From Candidatus Heimdallarchaeota archaeon (GTDB lineage Archaea; Asgardarchaeota; Wukongarchaeia; Wukongarchaeales; JBHIFL01): 55,891 nt of DNA. The translations under genes were made by a program, and so were the position numbers. Location of the stretch: positions 1 through 55,891 of the forward strand of contig JBHIFL010000018.1 in the NCBI GenBank assembly GCA_046761065.1. The letters are read 5' to 3'. Shown piece by piece: positions 39,468-49,652 of the stretch. Every line of letters begins with the position of its first letter. The stretch's first letter is position 1. The notes under the pieces were generated by a model that did no database searches, was not told where the DNA came from, and saw only the letters and a program-made list of their open reading frames with translations.

Positions 39468-40424
39468 TTATTCTAAATCTATTGGTTGACAAATGTTTTG
39501 TGGCTGGTCTTCTATAAATTTCACAATATTATCAATTAAAATATCAGTTTTACGTCTAATTGCCTCAACAGTATGAAAACCAGTGTGCGGGGAAAGGATC
39601 GTATTCTCTAGTTTGAATAATGGATTATCTTTGGCTGGAGGCTCTTCCCTAAACACATCAAGACCTGCACCAGAGAGTTTCCTCGATTGTAAAGCGTCAA
39701 TTAAAGCCTTCTCGTCTATTACTTTGCCTTGACTAGTGTTAATTATAATTGCCCCGTCTTTCATCGCGGCGATTTCTTTTTTTCCTATTAGATTTACCGT
39801 TTCCACGGTTAAAGTGACATGAAGAGTTATAATGTCACTTTCTTTTAATAACGTAGGCATGTCGACATATTTCATCCCGATTTCTTTGGCTTTCTTCAAA
39901 TTCGGATATTTATCATATGCTAAAATTTGCATTTTAAACGCTTTACTTATCTCTGCTACTCGAAGGCCTATCTTCCCTGTTCCTATTATTCCAAGAGTCT
40001 TTCCTGCGAGTTCACGGCTGCTAAATGGCCGCCAATCGAACTTGCCACTCCTCACATGCTTGTCGGTTTCTGGTAATTGCCTGATTAAAGTCAACAATAA
40101 CGCTATAGTATGTTCAGCAACGGCATCCGTACCATAACCTGGGCAATGGCAAACTACGATGCCTTTTACCCTCGCAGTCTCGAGATCTACATAATGACAT
40201 GTAGTAGCCCATATGGCGATCATTTTCAGGATTTTTGCTTTATTTATAACATCACTGGTGAATTGACTCCAACCAACGATTGCAATATCCGCCCCTTCGA
40301 TTCTCTCAATCAATTCATGGGTCGTTTTTGGTAAATCACTATAGACCTCTAGATCTCCAAGTGATTGTAGCCTTTGAATATGTTTTTCTTCTAAATAAAC
40401 GTTGTCGACAACTATTATCTTCAT
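39468..40424 (-). CDS. D-isomer-specific 2-hydroxyacid dehydrogenase family
   Basis: AVAEH, GIIGTGKIG, LHV.L, DVF.EEP and SPH motifs; NTSQG replaces the usual NxxRG. Confidence 0.9.
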   Translation of the reverse strand: MKIIVVDNVYLEEKHIQRLQSLGDLEVYSDLPKTTHELIERIEGADIAIVGWSQFTSDVINKAKILKMIAIWATTCHYVDLETARVKGIVVCHCPGYGTDAVAEHTIALLLTLIRQLPETDKHVRSGKFDWRPFSSRELAGKTLGIIGTGKIGLRVAEISKAFKMQILAYDKYPNLKKAKEIGMKYVDMPTLLKESDIITLHVTLTVETVNLIGKKEIAAMKDGAIIINTSQGKVIDEKALIDALQSRKLSGAGLDVFREEPPAKDNPLFKLENTILSPHTGFHTVEAIRRKTDILIDNIVKFIEDQPQNICQPIDLE

Positions 40425-40682
40425 TTTACCTCAACTTTCTTCAATTGTTGTGAATACTTAAGTTTTCTGTCAAAGCTTCTAATCGAGCGTAAATAATTGG
40501 TTTAAAGAAATAATTGTAAGTTACCGACAATTAACCAGCTTATTCGGGAAGTAATAGTTATTAATTGGCATTTTAACTACTAAACTTTTTTAATAGAAAG
40601 ATCATCTCAAACAATTGTTACTTTTATTTGTAGTATTTTTACAGTGATAAAAGAAATTTCACTCGATTTCAACTCAAATCAA

Positions 40683-40712
40683 GAGGAAAAAAAGGAAAAA
40701 AAGGAAAAAAAG
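40683..40712 (-). terminator. Tandem oligo-T tract, (T7CC)x3 on the minus strand
   Basis: GGAAAAAAA x3 on the + strand, just past the stop of the amino-acid binding protein gene. Confidence 0.55.
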
Positions 40713-40725
40713 ATTTATAATTGCG

Positions 40726-41544
40726 TTATACGCCCCACTTTTCCTTCATTGCGTCCCATTCAGGAGATGCCATTAATTCCGCCAATGCGTGGTTCAGGGC
40801 ATTCCTCAAACCATAGTCCTCTGGTCTCGTTGCATAAGCATACACTTCATACCCACCAATTGTACTAAGAATCTTAAGCTTTCCAGCTACCTCTGGATTT
40901 CTTTTAAAGTATGGGCCGGTGAACCCGCTATCGCTTATACACCCAGTTGCTCGCCCGTCTAACACTGCCTCAAATGCGAGCTCATAGGAGTCTAGTGCGA
41001 GTTTCTCGAAGTTGTACCCTTCTGCAAGTAGTTTTTCTGCCCATTCATCTGATGTGGCTCCCAGCTGGCATGAGATGGTATCACCAGAGTTTAGGACATC
41101 TTCCCATGTTCGCAAATCGTCTACAGAGACAATGAGTTGGTGGATGTATGTATAGTATGGAAGTGTGAACCACACTTTTTCGGCTCTTGCGGCTGTGTGG
41201 GTCATCCCTGACGCGACAAAATCGAGGTCACCTTCCAACACTGCTGTTACGATAGCCGCCCAATCCCATGCTTTGTGTTCAACTTCCCAGCCATATTTTG
41301 CAGCAATCCAATCAACGACTTCGACATCGAATCCAACTGCTTTACCGGTAGGATCTACTTCGGTGAATGGTGGATAGGCCGCGTCCATGCCGTGAATAAT
41401 TTTTGTACCCGCTGGGGGAAAGTCCGGTCCTGGAAATTTGGCTTCCGGAACTTCAGCACCAGGTCCTCTGATTGCCCAACCTACTCCCATTCCTATAATA
41501 AGGGCTATTATGATTCCCGCGTATGCGTACTCATTTTTGATCAC
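40726..41544 (-). CDS. Polar amino-acid ABC transporter substrate-binding protein (SBP_bac_3)
   Basis: N-terminal TM anchor; AAYPPF, GFDVE, SGMT.T..R and FT.PYY motifs. Confidence 0.92.
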   Translation of the reverse strand: MIKNEYAYAGIIIALIIGMGVGWAIRGPGAEVPEAKFPGPDFPPAGTKIIHGMDAAYPPFTEVDPTGKAVGFDVEVVDWIAAKYGWEVEHKAWDWAAIVTAVLEGDLDFVASGMTHTAARAEKVWFTLPYYTYIHQLIVSVDDLRTWEDVLNSGDTISCQLGATSDEWAEKLLAEGYNFEKLALDSYELAFEAVLDGRATGCISDSGFTGPYFKRNPEVAGKLKILSTIGGYEVYAYATRPEDYGLRNALNHALAELMASPEWDAMKEKWGV

Positions 41545-41825
41545 TTGTCCATTCCTCCAAATTTTATTTTGTGTAAATCTTTTATTCTATTAGTTTTTAA
41601 GGTTTTTCCCGAAATATACAAGCAATTAGCTGCTTAGGTTTGGTACTAAGATTTCCTAATGGGTTAATCATGTTTATCAAAAAAACAAACATAAATGATA
41701 TTACGAGATACCATGTCTAGCCAAAAAGGAAGTTTTTTTAGAAATACAATATTACTGACCATTCATAATTCACATCCTTGCAAATGCGGGATAAGATTTT
41801 TAATTCTGCTTGTCACAACTGAAGA

Positions 41826-43535
41826 ATGGTGAAGATCATGAGAAAGCCAGTCAAAGCCCCGACGGGAACCACGTTAAGTTGTAAGGGTTGGGGGCAAGAG
41901 GCCGCCTTGCGGATGTTGATGAACAATCTGGATCCAGACGTGGCTAAGGATTGGGAAAAGCTCATCGTCTATGGTGGAACCGGTCAGGCTGCTAGAAATT
42001 GGGAATCCTTCGATGCCATTGTTAAAGCGTTAAAAGAATTAGAGAATGATGAAACCCTATTAATCCAATCAGGGAAGCCAGTTGGAATATTCAAGACCCA
42101 TCCTGATGCCCCCCGGGTTTTAATTGCCAACTCACTTATTGTACCGCACTGGGCTTCTTGGGAATACTTCCGAGAACTGCAAGAAAAAGGCCTTACGATG
42201 TATGGCCAAATGACAGCAGGTTCGTGGATTTATATTGGGACCCAAGGCATCCTCCAAGGTACTTATGAAACCCTCGCTGAACTTGCGGCCCAACATTTCG
42301 GTGAAAAAGAGGCCTTGCGGGGGCGTTTGGTCTTAACGGGCGGCTTGGGGGAAATGGGAGGTGCACAACCACTCGCCATCAAAATGAACGAGGGTGTTGG
42401 AATCATTGTGGAGATAGACGAATCCCACATCACTCGTCGCATTCGAACAAACTATCTGGATACCATGATGGAAGATCTTGATAAGGCGCTTGAAGCTGCA
42501 CTCGAAGCGAAAAGCAATAAAGAACCCTTAAGTATTGGGTTGTTGGGGAATACCGCCGAAATTCTGCCTGAAATCGTTCATCGGGTGAAAGCAGGTCAAA
42601 AAGAAATTCTCCCTGACATTGTTACAGATCAAACCTCGGCGCATGACGATCTTCAGTATTATCCAACCGGATTGACTTTTGAAGAAGCGAATAGGTTGCG
42701 TGAAGCGGACCCAGAAGAGTTTCAATGGCGTGCAAGGGAATCCATGGCGAAGCATGTCCAGGCAATGATTGATTTCAAAGAATTAGGGTCAATCTGTTTT
42801 GACTACGGCAACAATTTAAGACAGCAAGCAAAGGAGTATTGGCAGGATCAGAACGATCCACGGGGCGCTCAAGATATTCACAATTACTATCCTGGGTTTA
42901 TTCCAGCTTTTGTGCGCCCGCTTTTGTGCGAAGGGCGTGGTCCGTTTCGTTACGCCGCGCTTAGTGGCGAACCCGAAGATATTTTCAAATTAGATGAGGC
43001 GATTAAGCGGGAATTCGCGGATAATCCCCGTTTAGTTCGATGGATTACAAAGGCGCAAGAAATGGTTAAATTTCAAGGGCTTCCAAGTCGAGTGGTCTGG
43101 CTTGGGTACGGGGAACGCGCGCACTTTGGGAAAGTCATGAATGATATGGTACGCACGAGCGAATTGAAGGCGCCTCTCGTTATTGGACGAGATCACTTAG
43201 ATACAGGATCGGTGGCCTCTCCCAATCGTGAGACCGAAGGGATGAAGGATGGATCTGATGCAATTGCGGACTGGCCTATATTGAATGCTTTGCTGAATAC
43301 TGCGGCAGGAGCGACATGGGTGGCCGTCCACCAGGGCGGTGGGGTCGGAATCCCCTATGCTATCCATGCAGGAATGGTTGTTGTTGCCGATGGGACGAAA
43401 GAGGCCGAGGTACGCCTTGAGCGTGTCTTGACCACAGATCCGGGAAGTGGGATTGTGCGACACGCAGATGCAGGCTATGAGAAAGCTATCGCTATCGCAA
43501 AGAAAAAGGGAATCAAGATGCCTATGTTAAAGTAG
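41826..43535 (+). CDS. hutU: Urocanate hydratase
   Basis: [41 protein letters not shown] and GRDHLD motifs. Confidence 0.98.
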   Translation: MVKIMRKPVKAPTGTTLSCKGWGQEAALRMLMNNLDPDVAKDWEKLIVYGGTGQAARNWESFDAIVKALKELENDETLLIQSGKPVGIFKTHPDAPRVLIANSLIVPHWASWEYFRELQEKGLTMYGQMTAGSWIYIGTQGILQGTYETLAELAAQHFGEKEALRGRLVLTGGLGEMGGAQPLAIKMNEGVGIIVEIDESHITRRIRTNYLDTMMEDLDKALEAALEAKSNKEPLSIGLLGNTAEILPEIVHRVKAGQKEILPDIVTDQTSAHDDLQYYPTGLTFEEANRLREADPEEFQWRARESMAKHVQAMIDFKELGSICFDYGNNLRQQAKEYWQDQNDPRGAQDIHNYYPGFIPAFVRPLLCEGRGPFRYAALSGEPEDIFKLDEAIKREFADNPRLVRWITKAQEMVKFQGLPSRVVWLGYGERAHFGKVMNDMVRTSELKAPLVIGRDHLDTGSVASPNRETEGMKDGSDAIADWPILNALLNTAAGATWVAVHQGGGVGIPYAIHAGMVVVADGTKEAEVRLERVLTTDPGSGIVRHADAGYEKAIAIAKKKGIKMPMLK

Positions 43536-43653
43536 AATCCTTCTTCTATTATTTTGAATCCGGTCAGAAAAAATCATAAACATTGTTTCCCTATTAATTC
43601 CTTAAAAATTTGCCTAACCCTAAAAAATGATCCAATAGAGTGGGGCATATAAC

Positions 43654-44631
43654 ATGAAGATTGACATTCACAATCATTTCTTTCCCGTGAAGTACATCAA
43701 AGAATTGGAAAAACGTAAGCATAGTCCCACAGTTGAACGAGATCACTTGGGAAGGATCCTGATCAAGTATGCTGGGGATTACAACATTGTTGAGAAGGCG
43801 CACACGGATCCTGAAATGCGACTCAAGGAGATGGATCGAAGTGGCATTGACATGCAAGCATTAAGCTTGACCACCCCGGGGATAGATAGCATTGAGCCGA
43901 TATCTCAAGGAGTTGCTCTGGCAAAAATTGTCAACGACAAGTTCTCAACAATTGTCGAAACTTATCCTGAGCGATTTGCGGCCTTGGCCGCGCTCCCCAT
44001 GCGGGATGTAAGTAGTGCGGTCTGTGAATTGGAACGAGCGGTCACAACACTTGGACTAAGTGGAGCGACGATCTTCTCGAATGTTGCAGGGAAATGTTTA
44101 GACGCAATTGAGTTCTGGCCTCTTTATGAAAGAGCGAGCAAACTTGATGTCCCCTTATTTATCCATCCCACAACTCCTGTCTATGGGCACGTGTTCGAGG
44201 ACTACCGACTTGTCCCGCTTCTTGGGTTTCCGTTTGATACGACATTAGCAATAACTCGGCTGGTGTTCAGTGGCGTGTTTGAAAAATACCCCAAGTTGAA
44301 GTTTGTCTTAGCTCATGCTGGCGGGACCATGCCATATCTCGCAGAACGGATAGATAATGGATATCGAGCCTATCCAGAGTGCAAAAAGCATATCAAAAAA
44401 CTCCCAAGCGAATATCTCAAGCTTACATATCTAGACACAGTCTCATTCCACCCACCAGCTTTAACATGTGCCTTTGTATTCATGGGATCCAATCATCTGG
44501 TTTTAGGGAGCGACTATCCCCATCAGATAGGAAACCTCGAACAGTCAGTCACGAGCATTGAGGAGCTGGATCTTCCGGAAAAAGAGAACATTTTTGGAGA
44601 AAACGCGGTCCGGTTGTTAAAGCTAGATTAA
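43654..44631 (+). CDS. Amidohydrolase_2 family protein (ACMSD/decarboxylase-like)
   Basis: IDIHNH, FIHPT, GFPFDT, AHAGG.MPY...R and GSDYPH motifs. Confidence 0.88.
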   Translation: MKIDIHNHFFPVKYIKELEKRKHSPTVERDHLGRILIKYAGDYNIVEKAHTDPEMRLKEMDRSGIDMQALSLTTPGIDSIEPISQGVALAKIVNDKFSTIVETYPERFAALAALPMRDVSSAVCELERAVTTLGLSGATIFSNVAGKCLDAIEFWPLYERASKLDVPLFIHPTTPVYGHVFEDYRLVPLLGFPFDTTLAITRLVFSGVFEKYPKLKFVLAHAGGTMPYLAERIDNGYRAYPECKKHIKKLPSEYLKLTYLDTVSFHPPALTCAFVFMGSNHLVLGSDYPHQIGNLEQSVTSIEELDLPEKENIFGENAVRLLKLD

Positions 44632-44754
44632 ATGATTCATGACCTATTAATACAGTAGGAATTTATTTATTGGTCTGTGTCGGGGCGGCAATTATTTTCC
44701 TCTTATATATTCCCTTCAATTCAAAGGGACTTTTCAATTTTTAACTTTCTCATT

Positions 44755-45378
44755 TTAGAACGGTTCATCTTGCCATTGTTTTTCAATTGGCCATGCTAGG
44801 ATTTCTCGGATCATAGGGCGTTTACTCGCTTCCTTTGCAAAGAAGTTCTCTTGGAAAGCTGACCGCACTACTATTGCGGTGTCAGCTCCCCTTTCTGTCC
44901 CACCTATTGCGATCACGTTCTCTCCCGGTGGTATTACACCTGCCCAACAGGCCATAAACATTACTTCCATAGCAACCTTGAGCCCTGCCCCTCCGATGGT
45001 TCTGAAAGTCATGTAAACGAGGGTATTGGGACTTGGGGTTTCCCAACGATTGTTATCCAAAACAGAACAGTAAGACGCATAGGGACTGTTCTCAACCACG
45101 ACCACTCCCAGGTCTTTTAATTGTTTCCTGGTTTTTTCAGTTATTGTAGGCCATTGTGCCTTCCAATCAAGTCTTTGAGGCGACTCGGTTACGCAAATGA
45201 TCTTAACATCTTTATTCTTCAATGCTTCTAAGAGTTTAAGGGCTGTTTTCCCTGAATTGGAAGCGATGACAATATATGTCACATCGCCTCGATTCACCCT
45301 TGCTTTAACGGCTTCTATGACATAGACGGTATTTTGTTCTCCCGCTTTCTCAAAATAGAATACTTCCCATTTACTCAA
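44755..45378 (-). CDS. Pyruvate-kinase alpha/beta domain protein (MTH1675-like)
   Basis: YFEKAG..NT, IASNSGKTA, G.KVA.E and AIGGT.RGADTA motifs; AGGAGG RBS before TTG 45378. Confidence 0.85.
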   Translation of the reverse strand: MSKWEVFYFEKAGEQNTVYVIEAVKARVNRGDVTYIVIASNSGKTALKLLEALKNKDVKIICVTESPQRLDWKAQWPTITEKTRKQLKDLGVVVVENSPYASYCSVLDNNRWETPSPNTLVYMTFRTIGGAGLKVAMEVMFMACWAGVIPPGENVIAIGGTERGADTAIVVRSAFQENFFAKEASKRPMIREILAWPIEKQWQDEPF

Positions 45379-45487
45379 CGATCTAGCCTCCTTTGGGAAG
45401 ATTGCCCTCAAACATTTTAAATTCTTTTTCAGACGAATTAAATATTTCACGTGAACTTAATCGTATTTAAAATAACGTTTACAGAAC

Positions 45488-46288
45488 TCATTTATCATAG
45501 GATTCTTTGACTTCGTTTCCTTTGAATCTAGCTACTCGATTAGCGATTAGAGCGGCTATGGTCCCGGCAGCAACTCCACCATCGATATTTACGACTGCAA
45601 GCCCGAGCGAACAGGCTTGAAGCATGGCCATTAAGGCGCTGACACCTTTTTCACCGAGACCGTATCCTATCGAGGTTGGAACCGCCACGATGGGGGTGTC
45701 GATCATCCCTGCAACTACAGAAGGCAGTGCTCCTTCCCGCCCTGCAACGACCACAAGCACATCCACCTCCTTCTCAATCATCTCTTTGAGTGGGGGAAAG
45801 AGCCGGTGAATCCCTGCGACACCTATATCATAAGCTGTTATGACCTCACATCCCATTTCCTCAGCTATGACCCTTGCTTCTTCAGCCACAGGAATATCAG
45901 AAGTCCCGGCCGTTAAGATCCCAACCTTTCCACCAGTTCTCTGAACCTCAAAATCCTTCATTTTAATGACCATCAACCCAACCTTATCATCCACTTGTAC
46001 CAAAGCTCCACTGGGAAATTCTTCTTTTAAGGCGTGGATCTGCTCCTTTGTGGCACGACTAATAATGGCTCTACCTTTTTTATTTAACACCCTCAACGCT
46101 ATTCTTGCTAAGTCACCCGTCATTTTTCCTTCCGCAAGGATGACCTCCGGGATACCTTTCCTAAACTCGCGCCCAACGTCTATCCTTGCCAGGTTGCCGA
46201 TTTCTTCAATAGATAAAACTTTAAGAAGCCGTTCTGCCTCTTCAATTGAAATTTTACCTTTTCTGAGCTTCTTCAACACTTCTCTCAT
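45488..46288 (-). CDS. larB: Nickel-pincer cofactor biosynthesis carboxylase/hydrolase LarB
   Basis: G.PEVI..EGK, TAGTSD.PVAEEA, D.GVAGIHRL, AG.EGAL.SV, VPTSIGYG and VVNID motifs. Confidence 0.95.
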   Translation of the reverse strand: MREVLKKLRKGKISIEEAERLLKVLSIEEIGNLARIDVGREFRKGIPEVILAEGKMTGDLARIALRVLNKKGRAIISRATKEQIHALKEEFPSGALVQVDDKVGLMVIKMKDFEVQRTGGKVGILTAGTSDIPVAEEARVIAEEMGCEVITAYDIGVAGIHRLFPPLKEMIEKEVDVLVVVAGREGALPSVVAGMIDTPIVAVPTSIGYGLGEKGVSALMAMLQACSLGLAVVNIDGGVAAGTIAALIANRVARFKGNEVKESYDK

Positions 46289-46358
46289 TATCATTCCCTC
46301 TTGCCAACTACCATAGCCATAACTCGACATCATCCTTTGAAATAAAGGGGTACTTTAA

Positions 46359-47633
46359 ATGGAAAGTGATAAGCGGATCGCTATTATAGATTGTCAAATG
46401 GCAGGAATCTCGGGAGATATGATCTTGGGCACTTTGCTTGATCTCGGTGCCGATTCCATGAAAGTTGTGGAAGCCATTGAGTCTGTTAAGGATTCTATGA
46501 AGGGGTGTAAAAATCTAGAAGTAACAATAAGGGATGTTGAACGAAAAGGATTTCATGCCAAAAAGATTGATGTTATCGCCAACGAAGTGGCCGAGATGAC
46601 AGGTCAAGAACTCATCAAAGCTACTATGAATTGCATAGAAAACATTAAATTGTCTGTGGGGGCTAGACAGTTTGCATCAGACTCCATCAACACTTTGGTA
46701 AATACCGAAGCCAGAGTTCACGGAATAGGCATTAATGAGCTTCACCTGCACGAAGCAGGGTCCGTAGATACTCCAGCAGAGATAGTGGGCACAACAATTG
46801 CACTGGATGACCTTAACTTCTTTAAGGATGTCAAGGTTTATTCAACACCTGTCGCTGTAGGAGGAGGATTATTCAAGTTCTCACACGGCACCGTTTCAAG
46901 TCCAGCTCCCGCCACGCTTGAGATCCTGAGATCTAAGGGTTTTCCTATGATCGGTGGGCCTATTGAATCTGAATTGGCAACCCCAACAGGAGTTTCCCTG
47001 CTTGTTAATCTTGCTCATGAAGCTACCCATTTCTACCCCCCGATACGACCAACCTTCGTAGGTTATGGTGCAGGGTCACGGGATTTTGCAGAAATGCCTA
47101 ACATCCTACGTGTCACGTTAGGCGAGCCCCTTGATTATCAGCTTCTTAGAGACGAAATCACAGTGTTAGAAACAAATCTTGACGATGTAACTGGAGAAAT
47201 AATTGGCTACACAGTTGATAAATTATTGCAAGAAGGGGCTAAAGATGTGTCAATTATTCCTATGTTTACAAAAAAGAATAGACCTGGCCACATTCTTAAA
47301 ATAATAGCAGATAAAACTAACACTGAGCGTCTCTCACGAGTCTTGATGGAGGAAACAGGTACTCTAGGGGTCCGAGTTTATCCATGTGAACGACACATCC
47401 TCAACCGAGAACTCATCCAGATTGATTTGTTAATCGAAAATGTGAAAGAGCTTGCTAAAGTGAAAGTTGCTAAGGATCGCAAAGGAAAAATTGTTCAAAT
47501 TAAACCCGAATATGAAGATGTCGAAAGGATCGCCGATAAATCCAACATTCCTCCAAGGAAAGTCATGGAATTTATTCAGATGAAAGCACGCGAAGTTTTA
47601 CAGAGAGGGAATTGTCATGATAGGTCTAGATAA
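46359..47633 (+). CDS. larC: Nickel insertase LarC
   Basis: AGISGDM.LG, EARVHG...HLHE.G..D, PAPAT, TPTG, ETNLDD, KKNRPG, ETGTLG.R and PEYED motifs. Confidence 0.95.
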   Translation: MESDKRIAIIDCQMAGISGDMILGTLLDLGADSMKVVEAIESVKDSMKGCKNLEVTIRDVERKGFHAKKIDVIANEVAEMTGQELIKATMNCIENIKLSVGARQFASDSINTLVNTEARVHGIGINELHLHEAGSVDTPAEIVGTTIALDDLNFFKDVKVYSTPVAVGGGLFKFSHGTVSSPAPATLEILRSKGFPMIGGPIESELATPTGVSLLVNLAHEATHFYPPIRPTFVGYGAGSRDFAEMPNILRVTLGEPLDYQLLRDEITVLETNLDDVTGEIIGYTVDKLLQEGAKDVSIIPMFTKKNRPGHILKIIADKTNTERLSRVLMEETGTLGVRVYPCERHILNRELIQIDLLIENVKELAKVKVAKDRKGKIVQIKPEYEDVERIADKSNIPPRKVMEFIQMKAREVLQRGNCHDRSR

Positions 47634-48447
47634 GAAGTTTGAGGAACTACGACGATACATCCATGAGAAGGGGCGAAACGGAGTAGTAATCGCTTTTTCA
47701 GGCGGTGTAGACAGCACGACCCTCGCAGCCATATGCGTTGATGTGTTACATGAACGGGCTATCGCTGTAACTGCGAAGTCTCCAAGTTACCCACCTGAGG
47801 AGATAGAAGACGCCAAGAAGTTAGCCAAAGAAATAGGGATAAAACACTATATCTTGGAGACAGATGAACTATTAAACGAGTTCTTTGTTAGAAACCCTGA
47901 AAATCGATGTTATTATTGCAAAAAAGAGCTTCTAAACGGTTTACAAGACTTCGCAAAGAGGTTGGGCGTTAATATCATTTTTGAAGGTACAAACTTTAGC
48001 GATTTAAGTGGCCACAGACCTGGGTATCAGGCTATTAAGGAAGAGGTAAATGTCTTAAGTCCTTGGGCCGAAAATAAATTTAACAAGAGGGAGATTAGAA
48101 CATTAGCCGAGCAATTAGGGCTGTCAATTTATGATAAGCCTGCATTGGCGTGCTTAGCATCACGTATCCCCTTTGGTGAGCAAATCACCGAGGAACGACT
48201 TAATAGGGTTGGAAAAGCGGAAAAAGTAATCAAACAAATTAGCAAAGTTCGTCAACTTCGAGTTCGGGATCATAACGGGGTGGCGAGGATAGAAGTTGGC
48301 AAAAACGAACGGAAGCTCCTTTATAGCAATGCAATCATGGATAAAATAGCTCATGAACTTAAAAGATTAGGTTTCAAGTTTGTTACCATGGATTTAGAAG
48401 GATATAGAACAGGAAGTATGTTAGATTCGATACCATGCTCCAAATAA
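47617..48447 (+). CDS. larE: ATP-dependent sulfur transferase LarE
   Basis: FSGGVDS PP-loop; RCYYCK, RPG, ACLASR, RVR.H and GYRTGSM motifs. Confidence 0.95.
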   Translation: MIGLDKKFEELRRYIHEKGRNGVVIAFSGGVDSTTLAAICVDVLHERAIAVTAKSPSYPPEEIEDAKKLAKEIGIKHYILETDELLNEFFVRNPENRCYYCKKELLNGLQDFAKRLGVNIIFEGTNFSDLSGHRPGYQAIKEEVNVLSPWAENKFNKREIRTLAEQLGLSIYDKPALACLASRIPFGEQITEERLNRVGKAEKVIKQISKVRQLRVRDHNGVARIEVGKNERKLLYSNAIMDKIAHELKRLGFKFVTMDLEGYRTGSMLDSIPCSK

Positions 48448-48494
48448 AGAGCTAATAACCCACCTTTGGATCTTCACATTTGGATTCTGGCCAC

Positions 48495-48698
48495 TTAATC
48501 TCCATCCTCAGATTCGGTAACGTAAATCTCATTTACTTCTTCTTGTCTCACAGAATTGGTAACGGTGACCTCCGCGTTCCACTCACAGGCAGAACAATTA
48601 ATAGAAAATGTCACATCGACGGTAAATGTCTCCGTAAGAGTCAATGTTTCGGTCGTATGGTCCCATTCCCGCTTGGCTCCACATTTTGGACAGTCCAA
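48495..48698 (-). CDS. Small acidic zinc-ribbon protein (CPxCG...CxxC)
   Basis: CPKCG and CSAC; GGAGG RBS upstream of TTG. Confidence 0.7.
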   Translation of the reverse strand: MDCPKCGAKREWDHTTETLTLTETFTVDVTFSINCSACEWNAEVTVTNSVRQEEVNEIYVTESEDGD

Positions 48699-48830
48699 TT
48701 GCGTATTAACCTCCGTTCAATTAAATCGGTACAATAGACGGTTTTTATTTTAAATAAAGGTAGTTATTAGATTTTCAGAAGGAACAGCTTTGTTTTTTCT
48801 TACCGATCATTTCATATAATTCCATAATTC

Positions 48831-49355
48831 TCATGCCATATCCTTAGCCTCTCTCATGGCTCGTTGGTCCTTTTTGACATTGTCCTTTTCGATTCCCCCT
48901 TCTCCGATCACTCCTCCAGCATATACGATGTGACGACCATAGAAATGCCTTATCGTGAACAACGTCAATTCCCCTCCGCGCCCCTTTCCATATTCGTCTT
49001 GTGTGACGACGGCAGCCCCGATCTTGTTTCTTAATTGATCATGGGGTTCACGGATAGAAACAGATCTATCCATTAGCATTTTCATTTGAGCACTTACCGT
49101 ACCAAAATAACATGGTGAGCCAAGTATCATTGCATCACACATTATCAACTCCCTGAGAAGCCACAGTATATCGTCGTCAATGACGCACTCCACATGCTCC
49201 TTCAAACATCTATCACAGCTAGTACACGGGTGAATATCAAGGTCAGCAAGCGATACAAACTTCTTTTTCCCTATTAAATGTTTTAACACTTCATTTACTA
49301 AAATGGTAGTGTTTCCCTCTTTTCGTGGGCTGCCAGATATTCCTACAACATACAT
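48831..49355 (-). CDS. Flavodoxin-fold iron-sulfur flavoprotein / NADPH-dependent FMN reductase family; possible C-terminal frameshift
   Basis: GISGSPRKEGNT, CTSCDRC.....C and GSPCYFG...QMK..MDR motifs. Confidence 0.88.
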   Translation of the reverse strand: MYVVGISGSPRKEGNTTILVNEVLKHLIGKKKFVSLADLDIHPCTSCDRCLKEHVECVIDDDILWLLRELIMCDAMILGSPCYFGTVSAQMKMLMDRSVSIREPHDQLRNKIGAAVVTQDEYGKGRGGELTLFTIRHFYGRHIVYAGGVIGEGGIEKDNVKKDQRAMREAKDMA

Positions 49356-49652
49356 TCTCTCTCAACCTTTGTACTTCGAATTCTATCATTGTTTAATTGC
49401 TGAGCTGATGGATCAACAAATAAGCAATATTACTCTTATTCAATAATGTATTAATGATACTCGCAAGATTCTGGCTTCTGGCATAACTTAGTTGAAAAAC
49501 AAGCTTAAATCCCTCTTCTTGTTCAAATGACCTCATATATTGTTTGGATTGTATGATGGAGCACAATAGCCACCAAGATTTTCACTAGCTTTACGCACAA
49601 AAAATTGGGCATATGGATCACGACTTAGAAATGAACCTGGTAGATTGGTCTT

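Noticed and set aside
40511-40533. TAATTGT-N9-ACAATTA upstream of the dehydrogenase
   Set aside because: AT-rich, single occurrence, and no cognate regulator nearby.
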